A stretch of 57,838 nucleotides of DNA from Eledone cirrhosa (GCA_964016885.1 CAXHJY010001525.1:1-57838), one strand, 5' to 3'. Counted from the first letter of the stretch, positions 1-27,664 are shown. Notes: generated from the sequence alone by a model not told the origin. A program made the numbers and translations.

Positions 1-1769
1 TATGTGAATATAGACATAGAATATTCAAAAATATTCTGTATGTTTATAATAAACATTTTGAAGACCTAATCGCTATAGAATAGAATACGTCACGTATTAC
101 AATTAGATTCTCGATAAAAGCAAGGGAAGTAATCTACGCGTTTCATTCTTGTTAGAAATCATCAGGACCACATATCCAGTGCTTTTATCGAGAATGACAC
201 AGCTAGAGACTTATAGAATACTTAGCTGTGTACAGGAACTGGTTTGAAAGAGCGGTTGCCGGTCCGGCAGAAATTAGAAATTGGAATAAATGCTCTGAAA
301 TAGCGATATATATGTGAATATAGACATAGAATATTCAAAAATATTCTGTATGTTTATAATAAACATTTTGAAGACCTAATCGCTATAGAATAGAATACGT
401 CACGTATTACAATTAGATTCTCGATAAAAGCAAGGGAAGTAATCTACGCGTTTCATTCTTGTTAGAAATCATCAGGACCACATATCCAGTGCTTTTATCG
501 AGAATGACACAGCTAGAGACTTATAGAATACTTAGCTGTGTACAGGAACTGGTTTGAAAGAGCGGTTGCCGGTCCGGCAGAAATTAGAAATTGGAATAAA
601 TGCTCTGAAATAGCGATATATATGTGAATATAGACATAGAATATTCAAAAATATTCTGTATGTTTATAATAAACATTTTGAAGACCTAATCGCTATAGAA
701 TAGAATACGTCACGTATTACAATTAGATTCTCGATAAAAGCAAGGGAAGTAATCTACGCGTTTCATTCTTGTTAGAAATCATCAGGACCACATATCCAGT
801 GCTTTTATCGAGAATGACACAGCTAGAGACTTATAGAATACTTAGCTGTGTACAGGAACTGGTTTGAAAGAGCGGTTGCCGGTCCGGCAGAAATTAGAAA
901 TTGGAATAAATGCTCTGAAATAGCGATATATATGTGAATATAGACATAGAATATTCAAAAATATTCTGTATGTTTATAATAAACATTTTGAAGACCTAAT
1001 CGCTATAGAATAGAATACGTCACGTATTACAATTAGATTCTCGATAAAAGCAAGGGAAGTAATCTACGCGTTTCATTCTTGTTAGAAATCATCAGGACCA
1101 CATATCCAGTGCTTTTATCGAGAATGACACAGCTAGAGACTTATAGAATACTTAGCTGTGTACAGGAACTGGTTTGAAAGAGCGGTTGCCGGTCCGGCAG
1201 AAATTAGAAATTGGAATAAATGCTCTGAAATAGCGATATATATGTGAATATAGACATAGAATATTCAAAAATATTCTGTATGTTTATAATAAACATTTTG
1301 AAGACCTAATCGCTATAGAATGAAACGCGTAGATTACTTCCCTTGCTTTTATCGAGAATCTAATTGTAATACGTGACGTATTCTATTCTATAGCGATTAG
1401 GTCTTCAAAATGTTTATTATAAACATACAGAATATTTTTGAATATTCTATGTCTATATTCACATATATATCGCTATTTCAGAGCATTTATTCCAATTTCT
1501 AATTTCTGCCGGACCGGCAACCGCTCTTTCAAACCAGTTCCTGTACACAGCTAAGTATTCTATAAGTCTCTAGCTGTGTCATTCTCGATAAAAGCACTGG
1601 ATATGTGGTCCTGATGATTTCTAACAAGAATGAAACGCGTAGATTACTTCCCTTGCTTTTATCGAGAATCTAATTGTAATACGTGACGTATTCTATTCTA
1701 TAGCGATTAGGTCTTCAAAATGTTTATTATAAACATACAGAATATTTTTGAATATTCTATGTCTATATT
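1..1769. mobile_element. 310-bp tandem repeat array with one hammerhead ribozyme per unit (non-LTR retrozyme-like); internal inversion at ~1321
   Basis: Units start at 1, 311, 621, 931 and 1241 and look identical by eye. From 1321 the same sequence runs reverse-complemented to 1769, then (AT)n. HHRs lie on the minus strand at 129-171, 439-481, 749-791, 1059-1101 and on the plus strand at 1605-1647. Confidence 0.9.
1605..1647 (+). ncRNA. Type I minimal hammerhead ribozyme (310-bp family, representative copy)
   Basis: Helix I GTGGTC/GATTAC (two G-U pairs); core CTGATGA at 1611-1617; helix II TTCT-AACA-AGAA; GAAA at 1632-1635; palindromic helix III ACGCGT; GUA cleavage triplet ending at 1641. 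Enclosed by a perfect 16-bp inverted repeat at 1581-1596/1654-1669. Confidence 0.88.
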
Positions 1770-4255
<2,486 letters not shown>

Positions 4256-4582
4256 AGAGATAGAGAGACCGAGAGAGAGGGAGAGACGGGGGATGGGTAT
4301 AGACAGACACAAAATTCGCGCCGGAAATGTACTGGAAAGATTCGTTTCAAGAAAAGCATAAGACACAGAAAAGAAGGAAGATTTTTGGATAACCATCAAT
4401 GCACGGGGATGAAATGATGATGAAGGGAGGTGGCAGAATGAAACAGAGAGATAGGGGAGATAGAGAGAGAAAGAAAGAGTTAAACTGAGAGAGAGATGGA
4501 GGGAGTGGGAATAAGTGGAGAGATTTAAACGAAGATTGGAAAAATAAAGCAACCGAGAGTGATATAAAAGAGTAAAGTAAAT

Positions 4583-4690
<108 letters not shown>

Positions 4691-5139
4691 GGGGGGGTTG
4701 AAAAGAATGGAAAAGATGTAGCATAAAAGAAAAAAAGGACGAGAACTATTTAAAGATAAAAAGAAAATAAATAAGGGACAGAGAGTATGGGAGAATCACA
4801 CGCACATACAGAAAAAATTAGACATGCAGATCCACAAACCTCTCACATCTCGATACACTGACACAAACCAATGTCCCCAACCCAATTTTTGTTCTAGTCG
4901 ATATCTCCCCATAGTCTATAAACCACCGCAAGCCACACTATTTAAGCTTTCTGTCTGCATCCCTCAATCCTTAATACATACATCCATCTCCCTCGCCTTC
5001 AATCAGATGTGTCAACAATAAAACAGTCACTACACATAACAGCGGTGTCACTTGGTGCCACTACTTGGAGTATCACACCATACTCACCTCATCAATGTTT
5101 ATTATTAAATGTAAAAATAATAATTTTCTTCGTTTTATC

Positions 5140-6025
5140 ACAATTATTATTAAGGTGCAGAGCGCCGGGAAAAAATAAAATAAAAACCGCCTTGCAGTAT
5201 TTAAACATGTCCTATTTACATTTTGAGTTCAAATACCAACGGGTTCGATAAAATAAGTAGCAGACAAGTATTTCTTTCCCTGAAGATAGAGATCACCTCG
5301 TTATCTATTACATGGGACAGTTGATTGGCGATGTAGTATATGCTTCGCAGTATTTGAGTATATATCTCGCCGGTGTTAACTTTCCCTTTCATCTTTCCGA
5401 GATCGGTCAATTTAATCGCCCGATTAACAAAAAACATTGCTGGCCTTGTGCCTAAATCATTATTAGCAGAATCGGACGAGCGATATTTAATTAATTACAT
5501 CCCTTTAAGTTCTGAACTCAAACTCTGCTCGTGTCAACTTTACTTTTCATAGACCGATAAAATAAAGTACCAGTCAAGTACTGGAGTCAAGTTAATCGAT
5601 TATATCTGTTCCTTATTATTGACAGATTTCGAATTGTTAGAGCGTCGGGCCAAATGCGCAACGATATTCGTTCCGGCTCTTTACTTCGCCTTTCATCTTT
5701 CCGATGTCGATAAAATAGTAAAGTACCAGTCACGTACTCGTTCGATTTAATCGACTACGAACCTCCATAAGTTTGTGGCCTTGTGTCTATGTTAGAAAGG
5801 ATTACTGTCGTTATGAAAAAATATGAAAATAAAAAAATTAAATAAGAAATAATAATCATAATGTACAATTTATTATTATTATTATTATTTTTATTCCGCC
5901 AAAGTAACTTTGCCTTTCATCCTTACGGGATCGTAAAATAAAGTACCAGTAATGCACTGAATATTTGCTGGCCTTGTGCCAAAAGTAGAAAGTTATTATT
6001 ATTATTATCATCATCATTATTATCA
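5140..6025 (+). mobile_element. Cluster of about 5 degenerate tandem SINE copies (tRNA-derived, Meta/MESC-like core)
   Basis: Recurrent blocks TGAGTTCAAAT (B-box-like), AACTTTGCCTTTCATCC, CGATAAAATAAAGTACCAGT, GGCCTTGTGCC and an ATT-rich tail. The family name is from memory; boundaries are approximate. Confidence 0.7.
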
Positions 6026-6327
6026 TTAATCTTTCCCGCAAAAAGCTAAATGAACTAAATAATCTCGTTTACATCATTCACAAAGTGTGATACAAACCGC
6101 GTGCCGATATAAGCAGCCGCCACCACCATCTACATCAACATATTATATATCGAAGTCGAATCACTTGACTATATACTCCACCCAACCCCCGTAAACACAG
6201 TTACAAAAATTGGTCTCGTGCCTAGCCTAAAAGAAAACAATTATGAATACTGTATTAGCAGCAGTGGAGAACGATCAGGGTTTTTCGGTTGCATTAAACT
6301 TTTTTCTGTGTGGCTATCCCCTATGGT

Positions 6328-9162
<2,835 letters not shown>

Positions 9163-9166
<4 letters not shown>

Positions 9167-9704
9167 AAGCTACTCAAAGGGCAATCACGAAAAAGATAGA
9201 TGGCCATGTCAGACCTTGACTACTGGGGTCGATTGGAAAACCTGAAACTTTACTCACTCCAACGTCGCCGTGAGCGTTATATTATCTGCATGATGTGGAA
9301 AATGTTCCATCATCACTGCCCAAATGATGTTGGCATCGCCTTCAAGATACACCCAAGGCTTGGGCCCCGTGCTATCCGTCCCATTCAAAAATCTAAATCG
9401 CAACTCATAACAACAGTACGGCACAATTATTTCACCTCAATCGGCCCTGCTCTCTTCAACATCACGCCAGGACACGTCAAAACAGAAACTGACCACACAA
9501 AATTCAAGAAGTCTTTGGACAAATTCCTCCAAGTAATCCCGGACAAACCACCCACACCCGGATATGTCTCCGCAAACAGTAATTCTCTTCTCGAATGGGC
9601 CATGGGTGCCCAAATCCTGAATTGAAAGACTTCGCCAGGTGGTGCTATTAAGTTAGACATGGCCTGGGCCAATACTGGCCAAAACATTTCAAAGTTATTC
9701 AAAG

Positions 9705-9706
<2 letters not shown>
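9163..9706 (+). mobile_element. CR1/L2-type LINE 3' fragment
   Basis: Encodes LENLKLYSLQRRRERY...KFKKSLDKFL, a C-terminal region typical of this group. Ends in (TTCAAAGTTA)x2 and is near-identical to the 20255-21384 copy. Confidence 0.85.
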
Positions 9707-9733
<27 letters not shown>

Positions 9734-9742
<9 letters not shown>

Positions 9743-9856
9743 TGAGATTCTACAGTTCTAGTCCTGTAGAATCTCATCTATATTAAAACTTTTATACTCT
9801 GCTATGTATTGAGTACCTTACTTACTGTGGTTACCTCCGATTCAACCCGGAATAAC

Positions 9857-9858
<2 letters not shown>
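9734..9858 (+). mobile_element. Short hammerhead-derived element remnant with 22-bp fold-back
   Basis: Perfect arms 9734-9755/9764-9785 with an 8-nt loop. The sequence matches the 40323-40360 element, and the pivot is that ribozyme's helix III. Confidence 0.75.
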
Positions 9859-9930
<72 letters not shown>

Positions 9931-9949
9931 ATATATACATATATATATA

Positions 9950-9980
<31 letters not shown>

Positions 9981-10012
9981 GTGTATATATACATATATAT
10001 ATATATATGTGT

Positions 10013-10057
<45 letters not shown>

Positions 10058-10060
10058 GTG

Positions 10061-10099
<39 letters not shown>

Positions 10100-10102
10100 G
10101 TA

Positions 10103-10944
<842 letters not shown>

Positions 10945-10953
10945 CATATACAT

Positions 10954-11014
<61 letters not shown>

Positions 11015-11030
11015 TATAATAATATACATG

Positions 11031-11364
<334 letters not shown>

Positions 11365-11375
11365 ATATATATATA

Positions 11376-11418
<43 letters not shown>

Positions 11419-11440
11419 ATATATATATATGTGTATATAA

Positions 11441-12213
11441 ATGTTGCATGGCAGTGAGACCTGGGCTTTGTGTGCAGAGGATATACGCAGACTAGAGAGG
11501 AACGAAGCTTGCATGCTCCGCTGGATGTGTAACAGTAATATACGTGAACGGCAAAGCATAAACGAACTAAGGAAAAAATTAGAGATAAGAGGGGTCAGAT
11601 GTTGTTTACTCGAGAGAAGGCTACGTTGGTATGGACACGTGATGCGCATGAAAGTCGATAGCTGTATAACAAAGTGCAGGGCAATAAAGATAGACGGTAG
11701 CCACGGAATAGGCAGACCTAGAAAAACCTGGGACGAGCTGATAAACTCCGACCTCACACACTTACACCTCTCCAAGACAATGTCACTGGACCGAGACCTT
11801 TGGCGGTACTCAGTAACAGAGAAGACCCGCCTTGCCAGTAGGCATCTCTAACAAAATACACCCCGTCCCACCACCACCACCCCCACCCCATCCACACCAC
11901 CCCGTCCTATGTAAAGTTATGTTGGTGCTGCGCCATCCGGGCCGAAACAAATGAGATCGTGTAGGTGTCACGACAAAAAAAACACACAGTCCACGCTGTA
12001 ATGTGGCCGTGTAGGCAACACGGTAAAAACCTCCCAGACCCACACTGTAAATGTGGTTGGTGTTAGGAAGGGCATCCAACTGTAGAAAACCTGCCAGACA
12101 GTCCTATGCGAGCAAGACAATCACTCTTGCCTCAAGTGGGACTACCCCCGTCCAAACCCATGCAAGCGTGGAACACGGACGTTAAACGTTGATGATGATG
12201 ATGATGATGATGA
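11441..12213 (+). mobile_element. RTE-type LINE, subfamily A, 5'-truncated
   Basis: ORF end MLHGSETW...[12 protein letters not shown]...GRPRKTW (11441-11851), structured 3' UTR, (GAT)n tail, (AT)n flanks. Confidence 0.92.
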
Positions 12214-12244
12214 TATATATGTGTATATATATATATGTGTTATA

Positions 12245-12617
<373 letters not shown>

Positions 12618-12633
12618 ATATATATATATATAC

Positions 12634-12699
<66 letters not shown>

Positions 12700-12714
12700 A
12701 TATATATATATATA

Positions 12715-13003
<289 letters not shown>

Positions 13004-13022
13004 GTGTATATATATATATATA

Positions 13023-13055
<33 letters not shown>

Positions 13056-13074
13056 GTGTATATATATATATATA

Positions 13075-13123
<49 letters not shown>

Positions 13124-13210
13124 ATATATATGTGTATATATATATATGTGTGTATATATATGTGTATATATATGTGTATATATATATATATGTGTATATA
13201 TATATATATA

Positions 13211-13371
<161 letters not shown>

Positions 13372-13565
13372 ATATATATATATATATATGTGTATATGTG
13401 TATATATATATATATGTGTATATATATATATATATATGTGTATATGTGTATATGTGTATATATATATATATATGTGTATATATATATGTGTATATATATA
13501 TATATATATGTGTATATATATATATATATATATGTGTATATATATATATGTGTATATATATATAT

Positions 13566-14231
13566 TTTTCACTGGTCACTCACAGTAAAGTGACCAGTGA
13601 AAAACTCGGTACATCTACATATGTATACGTGTGTGTATTCATATGCATACTAGTATTTCAGTATACATATGTGGATGTACATTTTTAACTTAATTGTTTA
13701 AGCGTCAGTCATACAAAAGTGAGTTACAAACGAACAAAATTTAATTTTGTTTCGTTATTTGTTGTTATCGTCTCCGTTGAACCGGTACGTACTCACGCTC
13801 TATGCAAATTAGTCTGCCCACTACTAATTTTCATAGAAAAAGCATATAACGATATGTGCTTTTACGATTCTCTAGAAAGGCCGGAAGATAGGTAAATATT
13901 GCTGATGAGATGTAACAACATCGAAACTAGTTCAATATTCCTTGTCTGGCTTTCTGGAGAATAGAGGAAAGGTGTTTCCTCAAAAACCAGTATGACTCTA
14001 AAAACCGGTTTTGTCTGTGTGTTTACATACAGAATAGCTGGACACTCACAGTAAAGTGACCAGTGAAAAACTCGGTACATCTACATATGTATACGTGTGT
14101 GTATTCATATGCATACTAGTATTTCAGTATACATATGTGGATGTACATTTTTAACTTAATTGTTTAAGCGTCAGTCATACAAAGTGAGTTACAAACGAAA
14201 CGAAATTTAATTTTGTTTCGTTATTTGTTGT

Positions 14232-14233
<2 letters not shown>
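13566..14233 (+). mobile_element. 466-bp-period partial tandem repeat with hammerhead ribozyme (second retrozyme-like or non-autonomous Penelope family)
   Basis: 13577-13767 is repeated at 14043-14233 (period 466). HHR at 13895-13939, several long hairpins, a 5' fold-back, and (AT)n on both sides. Confidence 0.85.
13895..13939 (+). ncRNA. Type I minimal hammerhead ribozyme
   Basis: AATATTG-CTGATGA-GATGT(AACA)ACATC-GAAA-CTAG-T-T-CAATATT: 7-bp helix I, 5-bp helix II, palindromic ACTAGT helix III, GUU triplet. Outer helix at 13868-13879/13950-13961. Confidence 0.92.
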
Positions 14234-14303
<70 letters not shown>

Positions 14304-14305
14304 TA

Positions 14306-14356
<51 letters not shown>

Positions 14357-14376
14357 ATATATATATATATATAATA

Positions 14377-14635
<259 letters not shown>

Positions 14636-14732
14636 ATATATATGTATATATATATATGTGTATATATATATATATATATGTGTATATATATATATATATG
14701 TGTATATATATATATATATGTGTATATATATA

Positions 14733-14763
<31 letters not shown>

Positions 14764-14866
14764 GTGTATATATATATATATATGTGTATATATATATATA
14801 TATGTGTATATATATATATATGTGTATATATATATATATATGTGTATATATATATATATATATGTG

Positions 14867-14901
<35 letters not shown>

Positions 14902-14952
14902 GTGTGTATATATATATATATGTGTATATATATATATATATGTGTGTATATA

Positions 14953-16832
14953 TCATCATCATCATCATCATCATCAGGTTTAGCGTCCGTGTTCCACGCT
15001 TGCATGGGTTTGGACGGGGGTTTTCCCACTTGAGGCAAGAGTGGTTGTCTTGCTCGCATAGGACTGTCTGGCGGGTTTTCTACAGTTGGATGCCCTTCCT
15101 AACACCAACCACATTTACAGTGTGGGGCTGGGAGGTTTTTACCGTGTTGCCTACACGGCCACATTACAGCGTGGACTGTCTGGCGGGTTTTCTACAGCTG
15201 GATGCCCTTCCTAACACCAACCACATTTACAGTGTGGGGCTGGGAGGTTTTTACCGTGTTGCCTACACGGCCACATTTACAGCGTGGACTGTGTTTTTTT
15301 GTCGTGACACCTACACGATCTCATTTGTTTCGGCCTGGATGTTGTGGGACCAACATAACTGTACATTGAAAGGGGCGGTGTGGATGGGGTGGAGGTGGTG
15401 GGACGGGGGGGGGGGGGTGTTCTGATAGAGATGCCTACTGACTGTAGTAGGTTTTTACTTTGTATTTAGGTAAGGCGGGTCTTCTCTATTACTGAGTACC
15501 GCCAAAGGTCTCGGTCCAGTGACATTGTCTTGGAGAGGTGTAAGTGTGTGAGGTAGGAATTTATCAGCTCGTCCCAGGTTTTTCTGGGTCTGCCTACTCC
15601 GTGGCTACCGTCTATCTTTATTGCCCTGCACTTTGTTATACAGCTGTCGTCTTTCATGCGCATCACGTGACCGTACCAACGTAGCCTTCTCTCGAGTAAA
15701 CAACATCTGATCCCTCTTATTTCTAATTTTTTCCTTAGTTCGTTTATGCTTTGCCGTTCACGTATATTACTATTGCACATCCAGCGGAGCATGCAAGCTT
15801 CGTTCCTCTCTAGTCTGCGTATATCCTCTGCACACAATGCCCAGGTCTCACTGCCATGCAGCATTGCTGTTCGTATGCAGGCATCGTATAACCTGCCTTT
15901 CATTTTTAGGGAGAACCCTCTAGCGGCTAATAGTGGTATAAGCTCTCTGAACTTTTTCCATCCAGTTCTGACTCTAGCTACTGTACTTTCAGAGCACCCT
16001 CCCCCAGTGCTGATTTTGTCACCCAGGTAATGGAAGCTGTCCACTATTTCTATAGAACCCTCTGCGCAGTTGAAGGAGCTAGTATTTTGTGGGCACTTGC
16101 TGCTACTTATTGCACCAGAGCACCGGCCACATGTAAAATCTATGTTCTTAGTTAGCTTACCTGTGATCCCACTACATCTTTTATGCACCCATACTTTGCA
16201 TTTGGGACATAAAATGGAGTTTCTACCTACGCCTTTCCTACACACAGAGCATGGCCATTTCCCAGATGGGACTGCCGCCATATTTTCTTTCCTACAAACT
16301 AGAACTTTTGTCTTAGCCAGGTTAATTTTAAGGCCTTTTGATTCTAGGCCGTGCTTCCATGTTTGGAATTTCTTCTCTAGTTCGGTTATTGATTCAGCTA
16401 TGAGCGTTAGATCATCTGCGTATAGGAGTTCCCATGGGCAGCCGGTCTTGAACTCCTCTGTTATAGCCTGAAGGGCAATAATAAATAGTAGGGGGCTAAG
16501 AACAGAGCCCTGATGGACACCAACTTTTACGCTAAACTCTTCACTATATTCGTTGTTAATTCTAACCTTACGGACTGTTTCTTTATACATGGCTTGTATA
16601 GCTCTCACAAGCCATTCGTCAACACCTAGTTTTATAAGGGACCACCAGATAATGGAACGGGGGACTCTGTCGAAGGCTTTCTCCAAGTCGACGAAAGATA
16701 AGTATAGGGGTTTACTTTTAGCTAGGTACTTCTCCTGTAGTTGTCGTACAATGAAAAGAGCGTCTGTGGTACTTTTTCCTGACACAAACCCGAACTGCAT
16801 TTCATCTAGATCAATTCTCTCTCTGATTAGTT
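14953..16832 (-). mobile_element. RTE-type LINE, subfamily A' (duplicated 3' UTR module), 5'-truncated
   Basis: RT ORF 15466-16800 with [23 protein letters not shown] and YADD; (CAT)n at 14953 on the plus strand. Confidence 0.93.
15466..16830 (-). CDS. RTE LINE reverse transcriptase + PHD finger, N-terminally truncated
   Basis: Open frame with RT motifs and CSVC..CPKC..HKRC..CGRC. Confidence 0.8.
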   Translation of the reverse strand, partial: LIRERIDLDEMQFGFVSGKSTTDALFIVRQLQEKYLAKSKPLYLSFVDLEKAFDRVPRSIIWWSLIKLGVDEWLVRAIQAMYKETVRKVRINNEYSEEFSVKVGVHQGSVLSPLLFIIALQAITEEFKTGCPWELLYADDLTLIAESITELEKKFQTWKHGLESKGLKINLAKTKVLVCRKENMAAVPSGKWPCSVCRKGVGRNSILCPKCKVWVHKRCSGITGKLTKNIDFTCGRCSGAISSSKCPQNTSSFNCAEGSIEIVDSFHYLGDKISTGGGCSESTVARVRTGWKKFRELIPLLAARGFSLKMKGRLYDACIRTAMLHGSETWALCAEDIRRLERNEACMLRWMCNSNIRERQSINELRKKLEIRGIRCCLLERRLRWYGHVMRMKDDSCITKCRAIKIDGSHGVGRPRKTWDELINSYLTHLHLSKTMSLDRDLWRYSVIEKTRLT

Positions 16833-16867
16833 ATATATATATGTGTATATATATATATATATATGTG

Positions 16868-17125
<258 letters not shown>

Positions 17126-17134
17126 TATGTTATC

Positions 17135-17184
<50 letters not shown>

Positions 17185-17213
17185 GTATATATATATATGT
17201 ATATATATATATG

Positions 17214-20254
<3,041 letters not shown>

Positions 20255-20255
<1 letters not shown>

Positions 20256-21384
20256 ACTTTGAATAACTTTGAATTGAAATGTTTTGGCCAGTATTGGCCC
20301 AGGCCATGTCTAACTTAATAGCACCACCTGGCGAAGTCTTTCAATTCAGGATTTGGGCACCATGGCCCATTCGAGAAGAGAATTACTGTTTGCGGAGACA
20401 TATCCGGGTGTGGGTGGTTTGTCCGGGATTACTTGAGGAATTTGTCCAAAGACTTCTTGAATTTTGTGTGGTCAGTTTCTGTTTTGACGTGTCCTGGTGT
20501 GATGTTGAAGAGAGCAGGGCCGATTGAGGTGAAATAATTGTGCCGTATTGTTGTTATGAGTTGCGATTTAGATTTTTGAATGGGACGGTTAGCACGGGGC
20601 CCAAGCCTTGGGTGTATGTGTTTTTGTTAATCTTGAAAGGAGATGCCAACATCATTTGGGCAGTGATGATGGAACATTTTCCACATCATGCAGATAATAT
20701 AACGCTCACGGCGACGTTGGAGTGAGTAAAGTTTCAGGTTTTCCAATCGACCCCAGTAGTCAAGGTCTGACATGCCATCTATCTTTTTCGTGATTGCCCT
20801 TTGAGGAGCTTCAAGTTTCATGATACTTTGTTTCGTGTGGGGAGACCACAGTGGACAACAGTATTCAAGGTGTGGTCGGGCGAAAGTAGAGAAGAGAAGG
20901 ATAATGGTGCGGGAATCTCTCGACTGGAAGGTTCTGAGGATCCAGGAACACATTCTGCGGGCCATGTCAACTTTGCTGCTTATATGCGTGGTCCAGCTTA
21001 TGTTGCTGTCCACGGTTACTCCCAAGTCTCTGATGTTGTTAGATGCCACGAGAGTTTCCCCGGAGGGAAGGGAGTACGGGAGTTTCAGAGCATCCTCTTT
21101 TCCAAAGTGGATCAGTTCGAATTGTCTTCGTTCAGTAACATGTTGTTCTTTTCTGCCCATTGGGTAACAGCCAGTAGGTCTGACTGAAGGCTTATCCGGT
21201 CATCCACGCCATTGATGACCTTTTGGAGCTTGGAATCATCAGCGAAAATTTTAATGTTGCTGTGTTTGATGGTGTCAGTGATGTCATTAATATAGATGAT
21301 GAAGAGAAGTGGGCCCAACACAGTGCCTTGTGGGACTCCACTACTGACTTTGGCTGGGCTTGATTTGACTCCCTCAACTACAAC
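20255..21384 (-). mobile_element. CR1/L2-type LINE, 5'-truncated, frameshifted RT C-terminal half
   Basis: [43 protein letters not shown] and LYSLQRRRERY spread across frames; same 3' tail as 9163-9706. Confidence 0.9.
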
Positions 21385-26160
<4,776 letters not shown>

Positions 26161-26826
26161 AACGATGTCATGTTATTGTTCTGTTTTTTTAGGTTGATTT
26201 CTTTCAGTGCCCTTGTGGCAGAAATAAATAAATAAATCTTTCTATAACTCCTCCTCTGCCTCCTCCACATCATCACCATCACCAATGATTCCTTTACATC
26301 ACGTGCTTTCCTTTTCTGTGTTTATGTTTGTCGATTCGATGTTAGATCGATGATAAGGATTGTGATAATGATGACGATGGTGGTAACGATAGCGGTGGTG
26401 ACTATTTCATAATTGAACACGAATCACGAGAATTGCAATAATGATTTCTTTTGAAGAGGCATGAGGAAGGTAGATTTATAGGACGATGTGGGTGGGCTGT
26501 GAGCGATGGAACAGAATATTGTGACGTTCATGCCTTTCGAAAGAAAACAATGGACTTAAGTGAAGTGATAAGACCAGTCGCTAATATCAATAGCCATAGC
26601 TCGCCGGCAGCTTGCAGCTACAAGGCACTATTCGACAATATCTTTTTTAAAGAAAAAAATATATACTTTCTAATGTGGGCAGAAGCCCACACATTTTAAG
26701 TGGAATGAATAAAGTTAAATCAATACCAGCATGTAACAGGTACTTGATTGAACTGTGAACATGAAGATATGGAACTGTAAGAACACGGATATATTTCCGA
26801 ATTATTAACAATAATGGTGTGTGCGT

Positions 26827-26864
<38 letters not shown>

Positions 26865-26944
26865 CTTCGATTCATCGCAGACGCCTCTCCACACTTTTCC
26901 GTCTTCATGGGTGCTTTAACCCCTTGACCATGTTGCGTCTACAC

Positions 26945-26991
<47 letters not shown>

Positions 26992-27029
26992 CAGTATAGT
27001 TAACATGAAGCATTGTGAGATATATAATC

Positions 27030-27222
27030 TGTGATAAGAACTTCAGCAAGCAGGTACAATACACAGAAATATATACAGTATATTTACAGGTGATACTGGG
27101 GTAAAAGATGTTTTATCTATCATCCTTTACCCCAGTACCGCCTTTATATATATGTATGTATGTATGTATGTGTGTGTGTTTTTCTATCCGCATTGTACAG
27201 GCTTTCTGAAGTTCTTATCACA
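27030..27222. repeat. Nested imperfect inverted repeat (fold-back or MITE-like)
   Basis: Outer arms 27030-27060/27192-27222; inner arms 27088-27110/27121-27143. Confidence 0.75.
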
Positions 27223-27417
27223 TGTCTCTCGCTCTCACACGCATACACACACACTCTATTATATATTTACTTTTGTTCTAAGATGTTGACCAACCAAGGC
27301 TGTGTGTGTAACACTCCAATCAGTAAACGATGATGCAATTAGGTTCAAGAACTCAACAACTACCAAATGCGATTTGGTAGCCCATGGCAGAGTATACGCC
27401 ACAGAAAATATGCATTT

Positions 27418-27492
27418 ACGGGGTCGATAAAATAAAGTACCAGTAATGTACTGGTTAATTGCTGGTCTTGTGCCTAAAGTAGAAAAAATTAT
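27418..27492 (+). mobile_element. SINE 3' fragment (same family as 5140-6025)
   Basis: GGGGTCGATAAAATAAAGTACCAGT...GGTCTTGTGCCTAAAGTAGAAA. Confidence 0.7.
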
Positions 27493-27538
27493 ATACGAAC
27501 TATTTAAGTCTACATCTGACCTTCGCATTTTTTTTTTT

Positions 27539-27664
<126 letters not shown>

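Noticed and set aside
1-1320. CRISPR-like or centromeric satellite reading of the 310-bp repeat
   Set aside because: There are no unique spacers; short dispersed arrays with a ribozyme fit a retrozyme better.
5280-5312. CTGAAGA followed by a stem
   Set aside because: No GAAA or helix III, so it is not a hammerhead.
15746-16471. Recurrent antisense ORFs over RTE copies
   Set aside because: They are shadows of the RT frame, repeated only because the copies are near-identical.
27088-27143. Resemblance to miR-8/miR-200 (TGATACTG...GGTAAAAGATG)
   Set aside because: The seed differs and the arm order is reversed relative to the known precursor.
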